Shown here piece by piece: positions 29,029-39,897 of a stretch of DNA of 64,000 bases (positions are counted from its first letter, which is position 1; every line of letters starts with the position of its first letter). Source of the stretch: Clostridia bacterium (GTDB taxonomy: Bacteria; Bacillota; Limnochordia; DTU080; RSA5). The notes beneath the pieces are model-generated. The model had not been told where the DNA came from and ran no database searches. It saw only the letters and a list, made by a program, of their open reading frames with translations. The stretch covers positions 5,289 to 69,288 of the forward strand of contig PKEX01000001.1 in the NCBI GenBank assembly GCA_002919235.1, given 5' to 3'. The translations under genes and the position numbers were made by a program.

Positions 29029-30024
29029 TTAGGACCCGCTGCTGCTTGCGCCGAGCGCTCCCTCGGGCGTGGCGCCGGGGGCGGGCACCGCTTCCGGCTG
29101 CGGCTCCCGGGTCACCTGCAGGCACAGGTAGCCCAGCACGCCGAAAAGCGCCGTGATGATCGCGCTGTGGACCATCATCGCGGTCAGCGTGAGGCGGGAG
29201 AGGATCACCCAGCCGCCGCTCAGCACCTGCCCGATGATGAGCGCCAGCGAGGCCACGCCGCCCCAGAACAGATCGGGCCGAACCTCGCGCTCCTTCTTGG
29301 CGATGTGGCCCATGGCGGCGATGACCACCAGGGCGCCCGCGGCCGCCAGTCGGTGGGCGAACTGGATCCCTACGGCGCCTGAGAGTTCGGGGATGAGGGC
29401 CCCGTTGCAGAGGGGCCAGTCAAGACAGGCGATGTGCGAGTTGGTGTGGCGCACGTAGGCGCCCGAATACACCACGCCGTAGGTATAGATGGCCGCCGCC
29501 CAGATCCAGCGGCGCAGCCGGTCGCTCACCGGCGCGCTGCGAAACGTCTGCCCCTTCTCCAGCTGGAACATGACCGCGGTGGGCAGGACCACCAGGACGA
29601 AGGCGATCAGCGAAATGCCGAAGTGAAGGGCCAGGACGGCTTTGGGCTGCGGCCAGAGCACCGCCGCGGCGCCCAGGGCCGACTGGATGACGATAAACAG
29701 CACCGCGCCCGCCACCAGCATCCGGATGTCCCGGCGGTCCCGGTACGCCCGCCAGGCCAGGACGGCCATGGCCACCACCAGGATCCCGGCCACTCCCGAC
29801 ACCAGCCGGTGGGAGTACTCGATGAGCGACTCCATAGTCGGGGCCGGGAGCCACTGGCCGTCGCAGAGCGGCCACGACGCGCCGCACCCTTCGGCTGAGC
29901 CGGTCTTGGTGACCAGCGTCCCCATGAGCTGGACGATGAACATGCTGATCACCGACGCCACGGAAAGCCCCTTGAGCCCTTTGGGAATGGGGCGAGCGGC
30001 TTGCGCTCGAGCGGCACTGTGCAC
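29029..30024 (-). CDS. ctaA: Heme A synthase (CtaA/COX15, type 1 with paired Cys loops)
   Basis: 331 aa, 8 TM. CGASWPLCDG and CLDWPLCNG cysteine loops. Conserved His in HRLVSG and HRLAAAG. Confidence 0.85.
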   Translation of the reverse strand: MHSAARAQAARPIPKGLKGLSVASVISMFIVQLMGTLVTKTGSAEGCGASWPLCDGQWLPAPTMESLIEYSHRLVSGVAGILVVAMAVLAWRAYRDRRDIRMLVAGAVLFIVIQSALGAAAVLWPQPKAVLALHFGISLIAFVLVVLPTAVMFQLEKGQTFRSAPVSDRLRRWIWAAAIYTYGVVYSGAYVRHTNSHIACLDWPLCNGALIPELSGAVGIQFAHRLAAAGALVVIAAMGHIAKKEREVRPDLFWGGVASLALIIGQVLSGGWVILSRLTLTAMMVHSAIITALFGVLGYLCLQVTREPQPEAVPAPGATPEGALGASSSGS

Positions 30025-30087
30025 GGCAGATCCCTACTTTTCGCGAATGGTTCCTCTCCCCAAGGTACCCGCAGGCGGGCCGGAAAG

Positions 30088-31344
30088 TCAAGGTGCGGTG
30101 CGCCCCGGACCCAGCGCGGCCATGGATCCCAGCGCCCCGATCGCGGTGACCGCCGTCGCGGCCCAGAAGGCGCCCGGCAACCCCCAGAACTCGGCCGCAA
30201 ACCCGGCGAACACGGGCCCGCCGAACATCCCCAGGGCGTAGATGGACTGGAAGAAGCCCATGGCGGTGGCCCTTTTCTCCTCGGGGACCGTCTTGATGGC
30301 AAGGCCCATCAGCACCGGGAAGATCAAGCCGCGGCCGAAGCCTCCCACCGCCTGGGTCACGAAAAGCGGCGGCAGCGCGGCCATGAAGGGAATGGCCAGC
30401 GTCGCAAAGGCCGCCATCCAAAAGCCCGCCACCACCATCTGCCGCTCGTTGAAGCGGCGGGCGAGGAAGCTGCCCGTGCCCAGCGAGGCGATGGCGGTGG
30501 GCAGCGTCGAGACCAGGCTGAGCCAGCCGAGCTGGGCTTTGGTAGCCCCCAGGCCGGCGGCGTAGTTGGGCGTGAACCCGTAGACGGTCACCCACGTGTG
30601 AAACTGGTAGAGCGCCGCCAGGAGCGAGACCGCGAGGAGCGAGCGTTCCCTGCCCACCGCCGTCAGCTCGCCGATGCGCAGGCCCGCTGGCCGGGCGGGG
30701 GCGGCCTCGCGCAAGGGAACGGTGAGAACCAGGCCCACCCCGCCGATCACCGCCGCGCCCCAAAACGGCGCCTGCCAGCCCCAGGCCTCCGCGATGAGCC
30801 CGCCTCCCAGCGTCGCCGCGAGCTGCGTCAGCGTGGTGGCAAAGTTGATCAGGCTCATCGCGTACCCCGCCCGGTGCGGCGGGAAGTAGCTGGAAAACAG
30901 GACCGTGATGACGACCCACATGGTCGCGGCGACGCCGGAGAGCGTCCGCGCGGCCAGCACTCCGTACGGCCCCCGGGAGAGCGCCAGCCCCAGCCCCGCC
31001 AGGACCGCCGCGATATAGCCGGCGGCGATGAACGGCTTGCGCCGCCCGATGCGGTCGGACCAGATGCCCACCGGGATCCGCAGCACCAGCTGGGAAAAGC
31101 CGTACGACGAGACGATCAACCCGAGCAGCGTCATAGAGGCGCCCAGCGTCTCGGCGTAGGGCGTCAGGATGGGCACGTACAGGTACAGGGCACCCCAAAA
31201 GCACGCGACGGCGGCCATGAGAAGCGCCGGGGCCTCTCGGCGGCTCACCCCAGTAGCCGCGCCGGGAAGGGGCCGTTCGCCTGCGGATCCCGCCGCCGGT
31301 GCGGCGGTTTCTCCTTTCGATGCGGGCTTTGCCCGCGCGCGCAT
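30088..31344 (-). CDS. MFS transporter
   Basis: 418 aa, 12 TM. MFS motif-A-like GIWSDRIGRRKPF. Confidence 0.8.
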   Translation of the reverse strand: MRARAKPASKGETAAPAAGSAGERPLPGAATGVSRREAPALLMAAVACFWGALYLYVPILTPYAETLGASMTLLGLIVSSYGFSQLVLRIPVGIWSDRIGRRKPFIAAGYIAAVLAGLGLALSRGPYGVLAARTLSGVAATMWVVITVLFSSYFPPHRAGYAMSLINFATTLTQLAATLGGGLIAEAWGWQAPFWGAAVIGGVGLVLTVPLREAAPARPAGLRIGELTAVGRERSLLAVSLLAALYQFHTWVTVYGFTPNYAAGLGATKAQLGWLSLVSTLPTAIASLGTGSFLARRFNERQMVVAGFWMAAFATLAIPFMAALPPLFVTQAVGGFGRGLIFPVLMGLAIKTVPEEKRATAMGFFQSIYALGMFGGPVFAGFAAEFWGLPGAFWAATAVTAIGALGSMAALGPGRTAP

Positions 31345-31532
31345 GGTGCAGACCTCCAGTGGGAGCTGTGTCTAAGAGCCGGGAGAGGCTTCGCTCTTCG
31401 CGGCGGGAATCCTGGAGGCGTACAGGCTCCGCCTGTCCCCGTGCGCCCACCGCCAGCTTATGGTAGAATGAAACGTACTCAAGAGCACCTTTCCGGGCTT
31501 GCGAACACCTGCGTCAAGGGGCGAACGTACGC

Positions 31533-33323
<1,791 letters not shown>

Positions 33324-33455
33324 CCCGCCGGCGGGCCCGGTCTCACGCACAGCGGCGGGCCGGAAGGCCCGGGGAGGCCCTTTGCCCGGGCGGGGAGAAA
33401 TCACTCGTCCAAGAAACCCGCACGTCGCATCCAGAAGCCGAAGGAGGCGGCCCCC

Positions 33456-35465
33456 ATGACCTGTTTTGCCACCCGCGACCCGGCCATGTACGAAGTGATT
33501 ACCCACGCCCCCGGCCCGCAGGGACGGCTGCCGTTCACCCGGGAGATGCTGCTTTCGGCCCCCAGCGGCGACCTTTTCGGCTTGATGCAGAACGCCGGCA
33601 TGGGCTGGGACCCCGCCGCCGTCACGGGGAAGCAGTTTCTCATCCTGAGCACCATGGGAGGCCTGCGGGCCCCCGACGGCACGCCCATCGCCCTGGGGTA
33701 CCACACCGGCCACTGGGAAGTGGGGCTTCTGGTCAAAGAGTGCGCCGACGCCCTGCGCGCCATGGGCCACATCCCGTACGCCGCCTACTGCAGCGACCCG
33801 TGCGACGGCCGCAGCCAGGGCACCGAAGGCATGTTTGACAGCCTTCCCTACCGCAACGACGCCGCCGTGGTCCTCCGGCGGCTGATCCGGAGCCTGCCCC
33901 GGCGAAGGGGCGTCATCGGGATCGCCACGTGCGACAAGGGCCTGCCCGCGATGATGATGGCCCTGGCGTCCATGAGGGAGCTCCCGTGCGTGATCGTGCC
34001 GGGCGGCGTCACGCTCCCGCCCACCCGGGGCGAGGACGCGGGGCGGGTCCAGAGCATCGGCGCCCGCTTCGCCCACGGCGAGATCACGCTGGAGGAAGCC
34101 GCGGAGGCGGGCTGCCACGCCTGCGCGTCGCCGGGCGGGGGCTGCCAGTTCCTCGGCACCGCGGCCACGGCGCAGGTGGTGGCCGAAGCGCTGGGCCTCG
34201 CGCCGCCCCACTCGGCGCTGGCCCCGTCGGGGCAGGCCATCTGGCTCGACGCCGCCCGCCGGGCGGCGGAGTGCGTCGCCGCAATGGAGGCGCGCGGCCT
34301 CACCGTAGGCGACATCCTGACCGAAGCGGCGCTGCACAACGCCATGGCGGTCCACGCCGCCTTCGGCGGCTCCACCAACCTGCTGCTGCACCTTCCCGCC
34401 GTCGCGCACGCGGCGGGGCTGCGCCGGCCCACGGTTCACGACTGGATCGACGTCAACCGCCGGGTGCCCCGCATCGTCGACGTGCTGCCCAACGGGCCCG
34501 TGGGCCACCCCACGGTCCGGGCCTACCTTGCCGGCGGCGTGCCCGAAGTGATGCTGCACCTGCGGCGCTTGGGGCTCATCGACGAAAGCTGCCTCACGGT
34601 CACGGGCAAGACGTGGAAAGAAGTGCTGGACGAATGGGAGAGCTCGGAGCGGCGGGCGGCGCTCTGGCGGCGCCTTTCCGAAGCCGACGGCGTCGCCCCG
34701 GACGACGTGATCATGGCGCCGGACGTGGCCAAGGCCCGGGGCCTCACCAGCACCGTCACCTTTCCCGTGGGCAATCTCGCTCCCGAAGGCTCGGTGATCA
34801 AGAGCACCGCCATCGACCCCAGCGTCGTGGACGAAGACGGGGTCTACCGGCACGTGGGCCCGGCCCGGGTCTTCACCAGCGAAAGGGCGGCCATCGCCGC
34901 CGTCAAGGACCCGGGGCCGAACGGCATCAAGCCGGGCGACGTCATCGTCCTGATCGGCCGGGGGCCGCTGGGCTCGGGGATGGAAGAGACCGCCCAGATC
35001 ACCATCGCCCTGCGCTACCTGCCTTTCGGCAAGCACGTCGCCATCTTGACCGACGCCCGCTTTTCGGGCGTCTCTACGGGCGCCTGCATCGGCCACATCG
35101 GGCCCGAAGCCCTGGCGGGCGGGCCCATCGGCAAAGTGCGGGACGGCGACCTGATCGAGATCGTCATCGACCGGAACAACCTGACCGGCAGCATCAACCT
35201 GGTGGGCACGGGCGACAAGCGCCTCTCGCCCGAAGAAGCCCAGGCCCTGCTCGACAGCCGCCCGCCCCACCCGGACCTGGCGCCCGACCCCGCCCTGCCC
35301 GCCGAGACCCGGCTCTGGGCGGCGCTGCAGCAGGTGAGCGGCGGTACGTGGGGCGGTTCCGTGTACGACGTGGACGCGATCATCGCCACGCTGGAAGCCG
35401 GGCGCCGTGCCCTGGAGGAGCAGAAAAGGCGGGACGCCCCCAGCCGGCCGGGGCTCGCCGGCTGA
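33456..35465 (+). CDS. IlvD/EDD-family sugar-acid dehydratase, YjhG/YagF (D-xylonate dehydratase)-like
   Basis: 669 aa, collinear with E. coli YjhG from memory ([111 protein letters not shown]). RBS GAAGGAGG. Confidence 0.9.
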   Translation: MTCFATRDPAMYEVITHAPGPQGRLPFTREMLLSAPSGDLFGLMQNAGMGWDPAAVTGKQFLILSTMGGLRAPDGTPIALGYHTGHWEVGLLVKECADALRAMGHIPYAAYCSDPCDGRSQGTEGMFDSLPYRNDAAVVLRRLIRSLPRRRGVIGIATCDKGLPAMMMALASMRELPCVIVPGGVTLPPTRGEDAGRVQSIGARFAHGEITLEEAAEAGCHACASPGGGCQFLGTAATAQVVAEALGLAPPHSALAPSGQAIWLDAARRAAECVAAMEARGLTVGDILTEAALHNAMAVHAAFGGSTNLLLHLPAVAHAAGLRRPTVHDWIDVNRRVPRIVDVLPNGPVGHPTVRAYLAGGVPEVMLHLRRLGLIDESCLTVTGKTWKEVLDEWESSERRAALWRRLSEADGVAPDDVIMAPDVAKARGLTSTVTFPVGNLAPEGSVIKSTAIDPSVVDEDGVYRHVGPARVFTSERAAIAAVKDPGPNGIKPGDVIVLIGRGPLGSGMEETAQITIALRYLPFGKHVAILTDARFSGVSTGACIGHIGPEALAGGPIGKVRDGDLIEIVIDRNNLTGSINLVGTGDKRLSPEEAQALLDSRPPHPDLAPDPALPAETRLWAALQQVSGGTWGGSVYDVDAIIATLEAGRRALEEQKRRDAPSRPGLAG

Positions 35466-35475
35466 GATCCCGCGC

Positions 35476-36417
35476 TCAGTAGCCCAGGTCGAGGTCGACT
35501 TCGTTCATCAGGGGCTCGCCGGCGACAAACCGGCGGAAGTTTTCAAGGAAAAGCTCCGCGGCCTTGTCGTTGTCCCACGGTGTATCGGCGCCCACGTGCG
35601 GCGTGATGAGCACGTTCTCCATGGTCCAGAGGGGATCGCCCTCAGGGAGCGGCTCTTCCACGAACACGTCCAGGCCCGCGCCGCCCAGGTGGCCGCTGCG
35701 CAAGGCTTCCACCAGCGCCGCCTGGTCGATGACGGCGCCCCGCCCGATGTTGTAGACGAACGCGCCCCGGGGCAGCAGCGAAAGTCGCCGGGCGTCGATC
35801 ATTCCCCGGGTCTCGGCGGTGAGCGGCAGGGTGATCGCGAGGTGCTTTGTCTCGGGCAGCACTTCGTCCAGCTCGGCCGGGGAAACCACCCGATCCACGC
35901 CCTCCACGGCTTCGGGCCGCCGTTTCACGCCGATGATCCGCATCCCGAAGGCCTTGGCCCGGCTCACCACCTGCCGTCCGAGGTCGCCGAGGCCGAGGAC
36001 GCAGAGGGTTTCCCCCTTCAGCAGCCGGGCGTGCTCGATCTCCCGGATCCAGGCTCGTTTCCTTTGATTCCGCCCGAACACGTGCAGGCCCCGGGCGAAG
36101 TAGAGCATCATCGCCAGGACGTGCTCACCCCCGGCGACCCCGTATACCCCCGAAGCATTGGTGAGCTTCACGTGCCTCGGGAAGGGGATCTCCTTTCCCA
36201 GCAGATGGTCGACGCCGGCCGAGTGCGTCTGCACCCAGCGAAGTCGCGGCTGCGCCGCGATGTACTCCACGGGCGCCGGACCGAACAGCACCTCCGGTTC
36301 CACCGCTGCCGTGCGGGCGTCTGAAGCGAAGACCGCCTTCCCTCCCAAGCTTTCGATGCGCTCCGCCACCCGCCGCCGCATGTCATCGCCCAGCGAGACA
36401 GTGACCAGCACGATCAC
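35476..36417 (-). CDS. D-isomer-specific 2-hydroxyacid dehydrogenase (NAD-binding)
   Basis: 313 aa. GLGDLGRQV NAD motif, catalytic RGA...E...H triad region (ITPHVGADT). Confidence 0.85.
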   Translation of the reverse strand: MIVLVTVSLGDDMRRRVAERIESLGGKAVFASDARTAAVEPEVLFGPAPVEYIAAQPRLRWVQTHSAGVDHLLGKEIPFPRHVKLTNASGVYGVAGGEHVLAMMLYFARGLHVFGRNQRKRAWIREIEHARLLKGETLCVLGLGDLGRQVVSRAKAFGMRIIGVKRRPEAVEGVDRVVSPAELDEVLPETKHLAITLPLTAETRGMIDARRLSLLPRGAFVYNIGRGAVIDQAALVEALRSGHLGGAGLDVFVEEPLPEGDPLWTMENVLITPHVGADTPWDNDKAAELFLENFRRFVAGEPLMNEVDLDLGY

Positions 36418-36968
36418 GCCGATTCCCCCTCACACCGCCTCGCTTCGCCGCCGGGGAGGCGTACCCTGTCGCGGAAAGCGGCGACCGTCGCGGCTGGCCG
36501 CAAGAGCACGCGCCGGCGGGGGCACGACGGGGCTCGCGCCGGGCCCCATCGCGGGCAGTCGCGAGCCTGCCGGCAGCGGCCGCCCACATCTGGGCGTTCT
36601 CCGGGCCTGCGCCGCCCATCCGTGAGCAGCCGCGCCGCTCTCCGCGCCCGGGAATGGGCAACTTCGGGCTTTGTGATCACATTCACCCACTCGGACAAGA
36701 GGGCACCCCGCATCTCGCTGGGGTTAGCAAGGAACGACCATGCTGCGGCACGCGTTCCCTCACAACGGGACGGGACGTTGCTCACATTTGGGCGCCGCGC
36801 ACAGCCCTCCTGCCCATCCGTGGGCAGCAAGCCGCCTCACGACGCCCACATCCGGGCACCGAGCAAGCCGGCACCTGTGATCACTTTTGCATATAACCCG
36901 TCTCCCCGCGCCGCGTCGCCCGGGATCCAAGCCGTTGCCCCCAGCTTCCGGCGCCACGCTGCCCCGCC

Positions 36969-38774
36969 TCACCGGGCGGGACCGGACGAAGGCACGCCGT
37001 GCATCACGGCACGGACCGGCTGCGCCTGGCCTTTGTCGATGAGCCGGTGGATCTCTCCTGCCCTGAGGTAGAGGGGGTTGAGCCACTTCAGATAGAACAA
37101 CAGCGGCGCCGCGGCGAGCACCGGGAGGATGACCCGCACGGCGACGCGGTAGAGCCAGAGCCCCGGCCGCCGCAGCGCGACCGCGACCCGGCCCAACTGC
37201 TCCGCGGAGCGAGCCACCCACCAGCGGCCGAAAAACGCCAGCAGCACCGCGCCGAACACCCACCCGGCCGCCTCGCCCCACGTCGGTACGGACGCCGGAT
37301 CAATCACGGGCCGCTGGAGCGCGTCACGGTAGATCCAGAGGAGCCAGAGCGCCAGCGCCGTCAGCCCGCCGGCGCACCCCGCGGCCAGGCTGGGGTAAAG
37401 CGAAAAGATCTTGAACACGTTGAACGACGCGATCCGAAGCAGCCGCAGGTACTCTTCCGTCGGGCGCTCAAGGAGCGGCGCCACGGCAAAGAACGGCCAA
37501 TCCGCCACCGCCACCTCTCCCCGCGCGCGCCAGATCCCCTCCGCCTGCGGCAGCTGGGAAGCGGTGATGAAGTAGCCGTTGCACATCAGTGAGTACGCTT
37601 CGGCATCGTTGAAAGCGTCCAAGTCCGTCCGGATCCGGGAGAGGGCCCACTGCACTTCGGGTGCGGTCTTCTGCCCGGCCAGCGTCGTCGAGCGAGGCGC
37701 TCCCGCCCCGATCACCCGCCTGGCGTGGTCGTAGTAGGCGACGGATTCGGGTTCCAGCCCTTTACGCAGGTGGACCAGGCACGCCTCGCGGCCCTCGATC
37801 CCCGCCAGCACCGCCTCGAGCTGCTCTTCCCGCACCCGGCTCATCAAGATGGCGTTGGCCCGGGGCAGCACCGAAAGGATGCTGGTCCCCGGGTTGCGCT
37901 CGCCGTCCATCTGCCCGCTGCCGTCGCTGATGATCAGGTAGTCGCAGCCCCGGTCCAGCAGGCCCTGCACTCCCTGGTTGTCGTGGACGCCGCCGTCCAC
38001 CAGCTGGATGCGGACGCCCTCATAGAGCCGGCTGATGGAAAGCGGGTAAAAGAGGCCCGGGACAGCCGCGGAGGCCGCCACCGCGTGGCCCAGCTCGATG
38101 TCCTGCTGGTCGGGAGTGAGTCTACAGTAACTCCTCGGCCGCGGAAGCCGCATCCGCTTGTCGAGCTCCCGCCTGATGGGATCGTCCACGGGCGGCTCGC
38201 CCATGCGGGTCGCTTCGAACCGCCAGTTGCGGCCCGTGTTGAGGGTAGTGGCGTTGATCAGCAGCACCGGCACCTTGGCCAGGCGCCGCCCGTTGTGCCG
38301 CTCCGGGTGAAACCCCGGCGACTCCCCCTTCGGCTGGATGATCAATTCCCGCATCTGCACCGGGGTGCTCCTCGGGCCCATCAGCGGGCGGTAAAAGAGC
38401 TCGTCCAGGAGCTCGCCCAGGCGATCGGTGCGGGAGTAATCGGGCCTTCGAAACCGCAGGTTCTTGACGGGATTGACAAACGTCAGCAGCCGGACGTTCT
38501 TCTGCACGGCGGCGAGGAACTCGTCCAGCATCTCCCGCACCAGCTGCTGGTAGTCGGCCCGGGTGATCTCCCGGTCGGCTTTCGACTCCAGCAGCCGCTT
38601 GAGCTTGAGATAATAGTAGGCTCCTACGATGGAGCCCCCGGAGACGGTGGAGATCACTTCGATTTTCCGCAAGAGATCACAGTCGGCGAGCCGCGCTAAG
38701 ACGCCGATGTGAAAGAGCGACGCCCGGAACCCGCCCCCGGACAAGGCGAGGCCCAGCTTGGGCTCACGCGCCAT
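36969..38774 (-). CDS. Patatin-like phospholipase with C-terminal 3-TM domain
   Basis: 601 aa. Oxyanion motif LSGGGFRA. Nucleophile-elbow region STVSGGSIVG (G-x-S-x-G not canonical). Catalytic Asp motif LVDGGVHDNQG. C-terminal ~180 aa with three hydrophobic helices (LTALALWLLWIY, AAGWVFGAVLLAFFG, VILPVLAAAPLLFYL). Confidence 0.8.
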   Translation of the reverse strand: MAREPKLGLALSGGGFRASLFHIGVLARLADCDLLRKIEVISTVSGGSIVGAYYYLKLKRLLESKADREITRADYQQLVREMLDEFLAAVQKNVRLLTFVNPVKNLRFRRPDYSRTDRLGELLDELFYRPLMGPRSTPVQMRELIIQPKGESPGFHPERHNGRRLAKVPVLLINATTLNTGRNWRFEATRMGEPPVDDPIRRELDKRMRLPRPRSYCRLTPDQQDIELGHAVAASAAVPGLFYPLSISRLYEGVRIQLVDGGVHDNQGVQGLLDRGCDYLIISDGSGQMDGERNPGTSILSVLPRANAILMSRVREEQLEAVLAGIEGREACLVHLRKGLEPESVAYYDHARRVIGAGAPRSTTLAGQKTAPEVQWALSRIRTDLDAFNDAEAYSLMCNGYFITASQLPQAEGIWRARGEVAVADWPFFAVAPLLERPTEEYLRLLRIASFNVFKIFSLYPSLAAGCAGGLTALALWLLWIYRDALQRPVIDPASVPTWGEAAGWVFGAVLLAFFGRWWVARSAEQLGRVAVALRRPGLWLYRVAVRVILPVLAAAPLLFYLKWLNPLYLRAGEIHRLIDKGQAQPVRAVMHGVPSSGPAR

Positions 38775-39049
38775 GAAGTCCCTGCCTCCTCCATCTTCTT
38801 GGTCGCCGCCGCCCTTGGGCCGGCGGGCCTAGCGATCGAGGAAATGTGCCCGCCGCGCGCTGCAGCCTGCGGCGGGCACGGCAATCCGGGTCGGCACCGC
38901 TGGACGAGCCCGTTTACCGACTACTCGCTCAATTCTATGTTCCCTTTTTATTTTTCTTGCTAAGAGGAAAAACGACCGGTTGTGTGGAAAAAGCGGTCAC
39001 GAACTCACATTTTCACACATACGCCGTGAGTGTTTAGGGAGGAACAGCC

Positions 39050-39859
39050 ATGGATCTCTTGCGCTCGGTGCCACCCGGAACGGGGCACACCCGCCTCTTC
39101 GCCCCGGGCGACGCCGGCCTTTCCGAACTGGGTCTCGACGTCATCCGGCTCGGTCCCGGTGAGAGCTACTCGGGAGAAAGCGGCAGCCGGGAGGTGGCCG
39201 CGGTCATCCTTTCGGGCACCGTCGACGCGACCGTAGGCGGCCAGCGCTTTGCGGGCCTCGGCGGGCGGCCGAGCGTGTTCGCGGGAAAGGCCACCGCCGT
39301 GTACATCCCGGCGGGGGGCGCCTACACCTTGATCGCCTCGGGAGGCGGCGCGGCGGAGATCGCCCTCTGCAGCGCCCCGGGCGGCGAGCCGGGCGCGTAC
39401 GCGCCCTACGTGGTCACCCCGGACCAAGTGGTGGTGCACGACCGGGGCCAGGGCGCGTTCCGCCGGCAGGTGCACGACATCATCACGGAAGACCGCCCGG
39501 CGCACCGGCTGGTGGTGGGCGAGACCTTCAACGAGCCGGGCATGTGGTCCAGCTACCCTCCGCACAAGCACGACGTGGACCGCCCGCCCGTCGAGTACAG
39601 GATGGAGGAAATTTACCTCTTTAAGCTCGACCCGCCCCAGGGCTTCGGCCTTCAGGCCCTCTACTCCAAGGATCCCGCCCGGCCGCTGAACCAGGCGTAC
39701 ATCGTGCGGAGCGACGACGCCGTCGCCCTGCCTTACGGCTACCACCCCGTGGCGGCGGCGCCGGGCTACCGCCTCTACTACCTGTGGTTCCTGTCGGGGA
39801 GCACCCGCAAGCTGGTCCCCCACGACGATCCGGACCACGCCTGGGTCAAGAACGTCTAA
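39050..39859 (+). CDS. iolB: 5-deoxy-glucuronate isomerase (IolB; KduI/IolB cupin family)
   Basis: 269 aa. C-terminal half matches B. subtilis IolB (WSSYPPHKHD, LDPPQGFG, GYHPVAAAPGY, HDDPDHAW). RBS AGGGAGGAA. Confidence 0.85.
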   Translation: MDLLRSVPPGTGHTRLFAPGDAGLSELGLDVIRLGPGESYSGESGSREVAAVILSGTVDATVGGQRFAGLGGRPSVFAGKATAVYIPAGGAYTLIASGGGAAEIALCSAPGGEPGAYAPYVVTPDQVVVHDRGQGAFRRQVHDIITEDRPAHRLVVGETFNEPGMWSSYPPHKHDVDRPPVEYRMEEIYLFKLDPPQGFGLQALYSKDPARPLNQAYIVRSDDAVALPYGYHPVAAAPGYRLYYLWFLSGSTRKLVPHDDPDHAWVKNV

Positions 39860-39897
39860 CGACCCCCGGCGGGCAAAGGAGGCACAGACGACGCGTC

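Noticed and set aside
36622-37071. 149-aa ORF (and 36414..36830 minus) inside the repeat-containing intergenic region
   Set aside because: Ser/Pro/Arg-rich, no RBS, no domain. Internal similarity merely reflects the nucleotide repeats. Treated as non-coding.
36418-38774. Possible mobile or defence island around the patatin gene
   Set aside because: No integrase, transposase or recombinase gene was found, and no flanking direct repeats or tRNA. GC content looks the same as the surroundings. Kept only as a finding about the lone effector-like gene, not called as a mobile element.
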